From positions 6,921 to 70,920 of the forward strand of contig JAZDPX010000006.1 of NCBI GenBank assembly GCA_043797125.1: a stretch of 64,000 nt of DNA. Reading direction: 5' to 3'. How positions within the stretch are numbered: position 1 is the stretch's first letter; each line of letters opens with the position of its first letter. Source of the DNA: Candidatus Omnitrophota bacterium (GTDB lineage Bacteria > Omnitrophota > Gorgyraeia > JABMRG01 > JAFGKX01). Made by a program: the position numbers and the translations under genes. The notes beneath the pieces were generated by a model. It had not been told where the DNA came from. It worked only from the letters and a program-made list of their open reading frames with translations, and ran no database searches. Below, one piece after another: positions 1 through 10,001 of the stretch.

Positions 1-3000
1 GTCTCTGTTGTTGCGGTTGTTACACCCTCTATATCAAGCGTTTCTGTTATTACGGTCTTTTTCTTCTGTTTGCCGTCAAGCGTTGTTCCGTCGTCCCTGC
101 TGTAATACTCATAATATATTTTCTGGATTTCCCTTGTGCCGTCAGGGTTTAATGTAACCTGGGCTGTTTGTTCCAGCTTTTTATTCTGTCTCTCATCAGG
201 CAATCCGCTATCTGAAACGTATACGAGCACGCTGCCTATCGCGAAACCGAGGTTTTCGGAAACCGCGGCATCCTTGGTATCGCCATCGCCGTTGTAATCC
301 ATATTGTCAGCCACTTCATTCGCATTATCCAGGACGGCATTACCGTTTAAATCCTCAGTATTAACCGAAACATAGGCAACAACAGTGCCGTCTGTCTTAA
401 GCTCCTGTTTATGTGTCCATGCCAGATCTTTATCCTTCGTATAAGCCTTTCGCTCTCTTGAATAGCTCTGCTCCAATAAAGCGTTGTCTGCGCCTGTCTT
501 TTTATATTCGTTGGCGGAGTACAGGAGGCTGCCGTATTTGTTATAGCGTGTCGCGCTGGAGTTTGTTGTGGTACTTACAAGCTCGAAGCCCGGAATCGGA
601 TCTTGCTCGTTTGTTAATCCGAATACAAACTTTAAATTAAAAATATTCCCAGATGCAACATTTACTACTATTTGATCAAGAGCATCGTTCCAGTAGCTGC
701 TTGCTTGGTATGCAAAATTGGTACTGTTTCTTTTTGTCTCAAAGTTGCCTATTTTGGCTTCTGCCTCATTCTTACCAAAATAATAGACCTTCGTGCAAGT
801 CTTTTTATCCGTTACCCTGGTAGTCAACGCGCCGTTTTCATATGACGCGTATGCGTTCTCGGTTGTGGTCTCTTTTACCTCTCCTTCATCTGATATAGAT
901 ATGTCTACTGTCTCTACCACGCTGCCCTGCGCATTGTATATATTGTGCGTGGATTTATAAGATGTGCCGTCGTAATATTTGTTTTTGTCAGTTTCAGCCA
1001 AGTCATAGTTAGTCAAAAGATCATTATTGTTCCACATCCTTGTCTTTAATGTTGTAGCTAAAGTATTTGCTTGGTGTTGCATAGCCCCTACAACTTTTGC
1101 TAATCCAAGTTCACCCGCTGCTGTCATTGCCTCCCAATCCGGACCCGCGATGCCGTCTAAATTCTGGCCAAAATCATATACCTTATTTTTAGTAACAGAA
1201 TTCACCTTTTTGTACTTATCATCTACCAGTTGGTATATATTGTCTGTCCAGCTATCCGTAACCTTACCGTCCGCTGCAACTTTTGTTGTTATCTGGCGTT
1301 TGACCTGTTTTTCCTCGTCTCCTTTGATTTCGCCGTCGTTGTTTGCATCAACATATATGCTCTGAGTCCCGCTAAATGTTATGGTATCAATATAGCCATC
1401 CATATTTATCCCACTTGCTATTATCAGGGCTTTGTGGCCTTCAATTGCATCAATAATCACCGCTGAGGTATATCCGGGAAGGCCATCTTTAATAAAGTCG
1501 TAGGTAGTGGTTGCTGTCCAGTCGATGACCTTTGTGTGCTTATTATCTATTTCCTGATAGCCGTATTCGGTTATGGTCTCTGTCACCTGCGAATCATCCG
1601 TAACACTTATGGATATCTTTTTTACATAGTTTCTTTCTAACTCGCCGCGTATGCCGTTAATGCCGTCGTAATCATTGTACACGTAGCGAGTAAAATTATA
1701 GGTGGTTGTGTCAAAATAACTGTTATGATTGCCGACGAAATTCTCAAGGCTGTTATTATTATTTTTGTAATTATCTACCGTATTTATAAGGTCCTCTAAT
1801 CTTGTTATGGTTTTGCTGTTTACAACTATCTTTTCTTCGTAATCAGCTGTGTTGTTATAATTTAAATCCATTGAAAGATTATAGTTGTTCACTGTTGTTG
1901 TGGTCTGGACGCTTTTATCTGTCCCGTCTATATCCTGGTATTCATACTTATTTATTGTCTGCTTGACCGCTCCGGTTTCCGATATATCAAAGTCTGTTTT
2001 GGTCGCTATAAGTTTTTTTTCGTCGCCGGATACGTTGTCATCGCCGTTTACATTAAATCCGTACTCATACTGCGTGCACTTATAGCTTACTCTTTTATTA
2101 TAGGCGTCCAGATTGATTCCGATATTAGATATCAGTATGAGTTCATTAACTGTTATTTCGCCGTCAGCTGTAATGGAATTTTCATAGTTTGTTAAGTCCT
2201 GCACTAGCTTTCCCCTGCCGCTGCTGGACACGTAATCATCGAGGTCATAATAAGTAGTTCTGGTTGCTGTTGATTTGTTTTTATCCGAACCGTTTATTTT
2301 CTCGTACTGATAACTGCATCTGGTTTGCGTAACCTCGCCATACTCCGTTGTTTTGAGCATAATCTTTTCTTTAATCAGGTTGCCCTCATATATGTACTGG
2401 GTGCAGTTATAGGTAGCTGCGTCGAGCTTAATGCCCAGGACACCTGCAAGCGTATCATTAATAACAAGGGCATTTCCCGTAGATGCGATACCGCCTTCAT
2501 TGTAAATATAATTATTATACAGCTTGCCTGCAACTATGCTGGATTTAGTATTAGCGTTTTTGACAATAAATTCTTTTGTTGTGGTGCTGCTAATGAGCTG
2601 CTTGTATACGCCGTTTATCTGTTGGTCCGTGTAGTTGTTTACGGTTTCCTTAAGATCCGCGAATTCATTTACATCAATGCTTCTCCTTTGCTTAATCCTG
2701 TAGGTACCTTCGTCATATATGCTCTGGTAAACCTTTAGGGTGGTCTCTGTGCCATTGAGGTTAAAAACCGCTGCCGGTTTATTCAGCGCGTTCAGGTAAA
2801 CATAGGTTTCGGTCATCATGGAATCAGCGGCGCTTTGGATAAAAGATTCCATGCCTAATCCGTTGTTTAATTCATCCACAATGTCTTTGGAGCTAATGCC
2901 TGCGGCTGCTATGTAGTTATTTTTTAAAGTAACGGCCAGCGTCTGTCTTTCTCTGTCATCGCCAAACTTTTTATATGTGTAACTAGATACGGTTTCCGTA

Positions 3001-6000
3001 TATTCGCCGTCTTTTGATAAGTTAACGTCAATTTTTGCGGTTAGGTTGTCGCCGGTGTATATGCTCTGCGACGCGTTTATGCTGATATCTTCGGGCTGGC
3101 TGCCAAGACCTAAGCTGGTTTTGCTTACCGTATCAAGATGTACGATAGTTGATGATAAGTTAAAAGGGTTAACTATCTGGTTAACAACAAAATCCGCGAG
3201 ATCATCAACCATATCCTCGGCCGTAACGCTGCTTGATGTAGGCTTATATTCGCTCTTAACGCTGTAATAGAAGACCTGCCTTTTTCTGCCGTTTATTTCT
3301 TTTTGGGTATATCTGTCAATGGTTTGGGTAAAATCGCCTTCTTCCGTAATCCATAAGGAAACTTTTTTATCGAGGTCATCGCCATCATATATGTTCTGGG
3401 TTATTCTGCACGTTGTGGATTCCGAAAAAAGGCTGCTATCAGCGCTGAAATTAAAATCCATTATTTCCGGTTGAGGATCTCTTCCGGCATTAACAGCCTC
3501 TTTTGTGTCAGTTACCATATTCTCCGCGGTGGTTATTAAACTGTTTATCTTTCCGTTGGGGTTATTTGCGGCGGGGACATAACTGTATTTCTGAGTTAAA
3601 ACTGAATTTAAATAAGTCCTTCCTTCGCTATCATAAACATACCCTGTGGTAGTCTGCGTTATATCGCCATCGCTGTTGGCGTATACTGATATTTTCTCTG
3701 AGAGCTTCCCGTCAGAATAGTATTTGTTATGCGCGCAGTTTAAGTTAACAGATTCCGGCGTTGCCCACGTAAAACCATCGAGGTTGCTGTTTTCTGATAG
3801 TGCCCCGTTCGGCTTAAGCCTATTTTTTATTGCGCCCAGTATGCCGTAGCCGGAATCATAATCGTAGTTGCTTGTTTTTGTGGCTGTAACCACCTGCCTG
3901 CTTTGCGTATCATAAGCGTTTTTGGTTTCTCTATAGGTGACGCTGCCCGAGTCAGAGGCTTTTACATATACTGTCGTATCGAGAAGATCGCCTATATAAT
4001 CATTTCTTGTGAATGTTAAATCGCTGCTTTCGGGATCTTTGCCGCTGAAAAAGCTATAAATATCATTCCAGTTGATGGCATGCCAATCCCTGTTAGTGTT
4101 ATAGGCGAAATCTGAAATGGCGTCTATAACATTAGCTATAACATCATCGCAGTCATACTTGTCGGTCAGCGTGAAGGTAACTGTATTTTTATTCTCGCTG
4201 TTGTATTTGTAATCGGTAACTGATTTTGTAATGTTCCCCGTATCAGACGCCGTAATGGATACAAGGCTTGTCTTTCTGAATTTGTCATTTTCGCCGTTTG
4301 CAATACCGTCGCTGTCTGAATCATATTGCTCATAGGCATAACCATTGATAGTGGCTCTCTGGCTTTTAGGGCCCACTACAGTGCCTTCCGCTAAAGTTAA
4401 ATCCGCCAGGCTATAAGATTGGCCTTCATCAATAATAATGTCATCCGAATTGAGACATTGCTCTATATCTGTCTTAATTTGCTGTATGTCCGCTTCCGTT
4501 GCCGCGTCAAAGGTCTTTCTGACGGTAAGGCTATAAACAAGGTTATCGCCCTGCTCATCTGAATAATATTTTGTAGATAAATCCTCTGTTATGTCCCCGG
4601 AATCTTTTATTGTGATGTTTTTTGTCTCAAGGAGCCTTCTTTTGCTGTTGTAAAGCTTTTTCGTGCCCGTGTAATATTCCGAGGTTTTGTTATTTTCATT
4701 AATATCCTCGATGCTGGTAGCGCCGCTGTAATTTGACGTAGTCTTAAATTCCCTGATCTCTTTTTTATAAAATTTTTCATTGCCGTCCGCGTCGAAAAAG
4801 CGAACATACACATAGCCGTAATCAATCAAGGTTTTACGTAAAGAACCGCTGCTTGAGTAACTTTTGCTTTCGTAATGTTTCCTATCTCCCTGCTCGTTGT
4901 ATTCTGTGTAGGTATAATATTCGGAAGAGACCCCTGCGTCATCCGCGTAATTAATCCTGCGCGTTGTGTCCGTTGCACGTTTGCCGTTCTCATGGTATGT
5001 GTATTCAGCGGTTGTCTCCGAGATAATATTATTTCCCTCTATGGAGCATTTGCTGGAAGTATAGCTTTGAAGCTTGCCGTTTTCATCGTACGTCTTTGTG
5101 CTCACATATATATAGCCGTCATCGCTCACTGTCATGTTATCCGATACCAAGCTGTGTTGTGAGTTTCTTACTTCTAATATTTCTATTGTTTTGTCTTTAC
5201 CATCAACTTTGTAACCGCTACTTTTGGCTCTTATTCTCTCGTTGCCGCTTCCCAAATCCTCGGTTTCCAGCACGTTAAAAAGCACGTTTTCGTAATCAGC
5301 CTCTACTCCCTCGAGTTTGCCGTTTTTCCAGATTAATGCGCCATTTTCATTAAGAAATAAAGGTCTTCCGCTGGCATCCCACTCTGTTACCATGTATTTA
5401 GACTGTTTAAAACTAATCAAAACGCCCGATGCAAATACTAAGTTCTTTCTGATTGTGACAAAAAGGACTTTGTCGCTGCTATCTAGATACGCATCAACTA
5501 TGTAATCAACAGAACCTGCGCTGTTGCGACTTACATAGCTGACGACATTGTACGCTTCATCGCAAGCGCCGGAGACATACACCGTGCCCTCCTGGACAAG
5601 AACGGCGTTTCCGTCCTGAATCGCGTACTCTTTGACATACTGGCTTATGATTTCTTGCGTATCCAGGTCGTACTCGATATCTGAAACCTCTAACGTGCCT
5701 ACATGTTCTCCCTCGTCATTGTATATGTATTCTATCCATTCCGCGGGAAGGCCGGTATCTTCGTCGTAAGCCAAATATTCTATTTCATGCTCAAGCTCAT
5801 CCTGCTCGGTCCATGTTTCTGTGGAGTTGCCGTATTCGCGCACCGTATACTGATGATCCAATATATTCTTCACCGCATTGGTTTCATCGGAACCATAAAA
5901 ACGTGAATCTGCCGTGTAGGTAACCCAGTGATGCTCTTCTGTAATATGGCCGTAGATGGAAACCATCGCGCCGCGGTCAACCTCAAATATGCTCATTTTT

Positions 6001-6709
6001 GCTGTGGGGTCATAATGCGTGATGTTATACAGATCAAAATTCGTCTGGCCGTTATGCGTAATTTTTGTATATTCTTTAAGCAGGGCATTTTCGTCATAAA
6101 TCATGTTGAATGTATCGCTATAATAAACTTCGCCGTTTATCTCAATCTTTTCGTTAAGCACTGCTCTTACCAGGCCCGCCTGAAAAAATACCTTCTTACC
6201 GTCAGGGTGCAATACGTAAGAGCTACCCGCCTTATATGCCATCTCTCTTGCGAATGTTACGATCTGTAAAAGTTGCTGATATACAACATGCGAATCATAC
6301 CTGGCATATGAAAGATTATATGCCTGCTGCTGTGTCTCTGGCGTCACGTTGTAAAAAACCTGATTGTATTTTCTCCTGTGCTCAATATTGCGCAGATTAT
6401 TAAGCCTCTCCTGCTCCTGACGCATATGCTTTATAGCTTCAATGGCAGTATAGCCCTGCTTTGTGATATATTTTTCTTCCTGCTGATTCAATGAGCTTAA
6501 ATCAGTGCCTTCATCAACCAGTGATTTTACCTTATCCAGAATTGTCTGTTTATCGACAGCGGGTTTCTGCAGAAATGAAAAGTCTGCGCCGCTGGCAAGC
6601 TGCTGCCAGGAGAAACTAATAATTAAAGTCCACGCTATCGTCTTATATATAAGACTAGCTTTATTAAAACAACTTTTCTCCTGTAACAATTTGTCTTCTT
6701 TGGGATTCA
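1..6709 (-). CDS. Giant secreted repeat-rich surface protein, partial (start ATG at 6709-6707; 3' end beyond window; >2230 aa in window)
   Basis: Manual translation of the reverse complement from ATG 6709 gives an uninterrupted reading frame to position 1. The N-terminus MNPKEDKLLQEKSCFNKASLIYKTIAWTLIISFSWQQLASGA looks like a signal peptide. Downstream is Thr/Ser/Asn/Tyr/Asp-rich repetitive sequence with recurring Y-x-Y-(D/N/H)-E-x-G-(K/R) motifs (e.g. KTYDENGKLQSY, YTYHENGKRATD, YVYDSEGRTYLN) reminiscent of YD-type beta repeats. The ORF track shows no ORF of 115 aa or more on either strand across 6.7 kb, consistent with a single real frame that runs off the window edge. Confidence 0.55.
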
Positions 6710-6995
6710 TTTTAGCCACCGCTATTTGACGTTCCTTTTATTACTACTATATATAACACAATATTATTGAAAATATTCCACTTTTTTACGTGTAATCAAA
6801 AAGTTTTTTAAAGGCTTAAATAATAGGGTAAAAAAAATGATTTGCTGCATCTAGCCCTTTCCATTACACTATAAATATACAGTATGAATATGAAAAAGTC
6901 AAGGCCCCGGACCCACTTTTTTTCACATTTTTTTAAGACAAAAGTATACCCAAAGCGTATGAGGCTTTTGCCATGTTCGGCACTGATTGTTCACC

Positions 6996-7160
6996 CTTAC
7001 GCTTGGGGACGGTTCACCCCAATGAGGCTAAAGTGTCCCCTATGCTCTTTTGACGTTTAGAAGTAAGGTTGAAAAAATTTCTAAGATTAGAATTAACGAA
7101 GCGCACTTCAGCGTTGGGGACACTTTATAATCTCAGGGGTGAACCGTCCCCAAGCGTAGC
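6996..7160. repeat. Nested inverted-repeat (long hairpin) element in the GH94 / giant-gene intergenic region
   Basis: Outer 24-bp IR: cttacgcttggggacggttcacccc (6996-7020) vs ggggtgaaccgtccccaagcgtag (7137-7160). Inner IR: aaagtgtcccc (7033-7043) vs ggggacacttt (7122-7132). A third gtcccct copy lies at 7168. A flanking 25-bp motif at 6962-6986 is the inverse complement of cagtgccgaacatg.caaa, which also ends the 12997-13262 and 27515-27712 elements. Confidence 0.6.
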
Positions 7161-7224
7161 AGTAAAACGTCCCCTAAGTTGGCTAAGTTGGGCGGAGGAG
7201 GTGAGGCTACTTTTTGTATGAGAA

Positions 7225-7400
7225 GGCCTGTGGTAATCCGAGCAGGCACCGTACCATATTAGGTACGGGGTATAGCTTGCGAGGCCGAAGCGGGCATGGT
7301 TCGCCTTTGCTTCCATACAGCCGAGAGCGAAGGCCGAGGTCAGAGCAAAAAAATCCTCGCTGGGGATTTTTTTGCGTCCCTGCGAGGATTGCCACAGGCC
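7225..7400. repeat. MITE-like / structured palindromic element, family A copy 1
   Basis: Terminal inverted repeats (ga)gaaggcctgtggtaatcc ... ggattgccacaggccttctc. An internal 14-bp-stem hairpin gcaaaaaaatcc-tcgctg-gggatttttttgc. A second copy at 42059-42206 is about 85% identical. The small ORFs at 7125-7529 in the track fall inside it and are rejected. Confidence 0.65.
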
Positions 7401-7454
7401 TTCTCAATAATATTAATGGATGATACGGTTGCTCATAACCGTATCACAACCGTA

Positions 7455-9986
7455 TCATTTAACCGGCTTTCCCATGGTAACACGCACATAGTGGGTCTTT
7501 TCATCCTTGAAAACAGGCAGGATATTTGACTTTATCTTCTTGCCGTCTATGAGTATCTCTGCTATACCTGAAGATACATGGCTGCGATTTATAACATCTA
7601 TTATGTATCTTGACCCTCTAAAAGTCCTGTAGACCTTGAACAAACTCCATCTTTTTGGTATGCACGGATCTATAAATAAACCCTGTACTGTAGGTTTTAT
7701 TCCCAGTATCTGCTCAGTTAAAATTTTATTTAACCAGAACGGGCTTCTTCCATACCAGGAATAACGCGCTTGTCCGAATTTGACTGCATCCTGACCATCG
7801 ATATAGCATGATGCGACAAATGGCTCCATTTCATAAATATCTGCGCTATGGGCTCTATGCACCGGATTTAATCTTGAATATATATCCCAGGCATTATGCG
7901 AGCGGCCCAGTAAAACTTCAGCCCAAACTGCCCATGATGCAAATTCAATATTTGTGCCGCCATTCTCTTCTACTCCGGGGGCCAGGCAAGTCAATGTGCC
8001 TATGCTTGAGTCGCAAAGACTATATGAAGGTGTAAGCGCAATAGGCCCGTGATTTTTATAAAGATGTTTGGCAGTAACATCCATCAATTTTTTGGCATCC
8101 TCGCCTTCAACCACGCCGCTTATAACAGCCCATGTTTGAGGATTTAAAAATATCGCGCTGTCATTTTTTCCCGGTTTTCCTATGATAGCGCCTTTTGAAG
8201 TTATCGCCGCAGGATACCATTCGTAGCCCTTAAATAGTTTATTAATATTATCTTTTAACTGTTTTGCCTGCTTGGCATATTCGCCGGCTTCTTTGTCATC
8301 TTTTCCCATCTTGCATATTTTTGAAAATTCATTCAATGTGTAATAGAGAAACTCGCCCAGCCACACGGAAGAGCCTTTTGAATCGCTGCCGATTTTATCG
8401 AGCTTACAGTTGCAGTCTCCCTGCATAATCGCGGGAAGGCCCTTTTTTGGAATTGTAGCCAATGTCCGCTCAAGCGCCTTTATGCAATGTTCCAACACAG
8501 TGTCTGCCGGCGCATCTAGGTACGCTGCCTTTTCCCTTAGTATGGATATATCAGCGGTTTCTTTTATATACTCGCTTATCGCGAAAATAAGCCATAGGGG
8601 TTCGTCTGAAAAAGCGCTGGCTTTAGAATTTCCAGTTAACGGGTCCCAATATGTCAGGACATTGCCGTCCGCATATTGATGCTTTACGCATTCCAATATG
8701 TTCTTTTTGCAGATTTCAGCATTTATAGCAAGGAATACGAGGCTGTTTAACAGAAAATCCTTAAACCTGACTAACCCTTCCGGCCGGTAATAACAGCCCC
8801 TGGCAGTTAATACCGATGAGATCGCCTGATACCTGAACCAGTTATTATTAAGAATATTAGCGCCTTCATCCGGGGTTTTAATATTCATGGATTTTTTAAG
8901 ATAATTTCCCCAGCGGCTGCCCATATTCGAGAACTCGCCTTCTACTTCTTTTACGTTTTTGTATTTTTTAATAAGCGTTTGCGCGGTTTTTAGATCCGGC
9001 GCAGAACCAATAACGAAAATAAGCTCATACTCCTGGCCTGCTTCAAAATCCAGGTCAACATGCAAACATGCCGCAGGGTCAACATACCTGCCTTCCTCTT
9101 TAAAGCACATCCCTTTTTCAACGGAGCGCGGAGAAGACTTTTTCCCATAAACGCCCAAAAACGCCTTTTTATCCGTGGTAAAACTGGAGACTGCTTTACT
9201 TACTGAGTGGAATTTTACCTCGCCATTCGCGGAATAGGCGTAAACTGCCGATAAATCATGGTCAAACGAAGTTTTCAGGAAAGCCTTTTCATTGTTATCC
9301 TGCAAGGCCGGGAAATACCACTCAAGATAACTGAATATGCTTAGGCTTCTTGGTATATCCAGTATGTTTCTGATTCGCAGCTGCCATATCTCGACAGGCT
9401 CCTGCGATGACGCAAAACATACGATGCTGTTTATTATGCCGGCATATCTGTTTGTTATGTTGGTATATCCGACACCATATCTGACTTCATAAAAATCGGG
9501 CTTTTTGCGCACCGGGTTCCATGCAGCTGACCAGATCTGTTGCGTTTTATTATCCCTTATATAAAAGAATTTGCCGTCTGAATCATTATTTAGATCGCCG
9601 CTCCAGCCGGTTACCTTGTCCGAGACGCCGTTTTTAAAACTAAAACCTCCGCCTGTCTGGGTTACAATAAAACCATAATTGTCATTTGTTATTATATTAG
9701 CCCACGGATTGGGGGATTCAGGCGCTGTAATAACATATTCTGAGCCGTCGTAAAGGAAAAATCCGTACCTGGTCCTAAATACCTCTTTTACTTTGTTTAG
9801 TGGTAAAAGCAAAGAGGCCATGGGTTCTTTCTTGACCTTTTTTGCTTTGGGCTTTGCGCTTTGGGCTTTGGGCCTTGAGCTGCGGGCCTTGCGCTTTGGG
9901 CTTTTTTTCTTTTTACTTTTTATTTTAACCTTCATTCTTTTTACTTTTGCCTTTTTACTTTTTACTTTTCTCTTTCTCTTCTTCAT
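7455..9986 (-). CDS. GH94-family glycoside phosphorylase (cellobiose/cellodextrin/chitobiose phosphorylase-like) with a lysine-rich N-terminal tail
   Basis: 843 aa. N-terminal catalytic-core signature RYGFFLYDGSEYVITAPESPNPWANIITNDNYGFIVTQTGGGFSF...FYIRD matches the GH94 (GT36) pattern. First 55 aa are K/R/P/A-rich (KKRKRKVKSKKAKVKRMKVK...PKAKKVKKE) and are encoded by a 7-bp tandem repeat. An alternative start at M56 (MASLLL) is possible. Confidence 0.7.
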   Translation of the reverse strand: MKKRKRKVKSKKAKVKRMKVKIKSKKKKSPKRKARSSRPKAQSAKPKAKKVKKEPMASLLLPLNKVKEVFRTRYGFFLYDGSEYVITAPESPNPWANIITNDNYGFIVTQTGGGFSFKNGVSDKVTGWSGDLNNDSDGKFFYIRDNKTQQIWSAAWNPVRKKPDFYEVRYGVGYTNITNRYAGIINSIVCFASSQEPVEIWQLRIRNILDIPRSLSIFSYLEWYFPALQDNNEKAFLKTSFDHDLSAVYAYSANGEVKFHSVSKAVSSFTTDKKAFLGVYGKKSSPRSVEKGMCFKEEGRYVDPAACLHVDLDFEAGQEYELIFVIGSAPDLKTAQTLIKKYKNVKEVEGEFSNMGSRWGNYLKKSMNIKTPDEGANILNNNWFRYQAISSVLTARGCYYRPEGLVRFKDFLLNSLVFLAINAEICKKNILECVKHQYADGNVLTYWDPLTGNSKASAFSDEPLWLIFAISEYIKETADISILREKAAYLDAPADTVLEHCIKALERTLATIPKKGLPAIMQGDCNCKLDKIGSDSKGSSVWLGEFLYYTLNEFSKICKMGKDDKEAGEYAKQAKQLKDNINKLFKGYEWYPAAITSKGAIIGKPGKNDSAIFLNPQTWAVISGVVEGEDAKKLMDVTAKHLYKNHGPIALTPSYSLCDSSIGTLTCLAPGVEENGGTNIEFASWAVWAEVLLGRSHNAWDIYSRLNPVHRAHSADIYEMEPFVASCYIDGQDAVKFGQARYSWYGRSPFWLNKILTEQILGIKPTVQGLFIDPCIPKRWSLFKVYRTFRGSRYIIDVINRSHVSSGIAEILIDGKKIKSNILPVFKDEKTHYVRVTMGKPVK
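9841..9903. repeat. 7-bp-unit tandem repeat (GCTTTGG-like, ~8 units) encoding the K/P/A-rich tail of the GH94 gene
   Basis: gctttgg gctttgc gctttgg gctttgg gccttga gctgcgg gccttgc gctttgg read directly. Same GCTNTGG unit family as 10481-10535, 20918-20952 and 24800-24830. Confidence 0.7.
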
Positions 9987-10001
9987 TATTTCTCCTCTAT
10001 T

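Noticed and set aside
7125-7529. Four overlapping 63-77 aa ORFs on both strands
   Set aside because: They lie inside the family A palindromic element; ORFs on both strands are mirror images of each other (a palindrome artefact), not genes.
9841-9903. Tandem short repeats considered as a possible CRISPR array
   Set aside because: Units are 7-8 bp with no spacers, lie inside coding sequence in frame, and no cas genes are present; these are microsatellites, not CRISPR.
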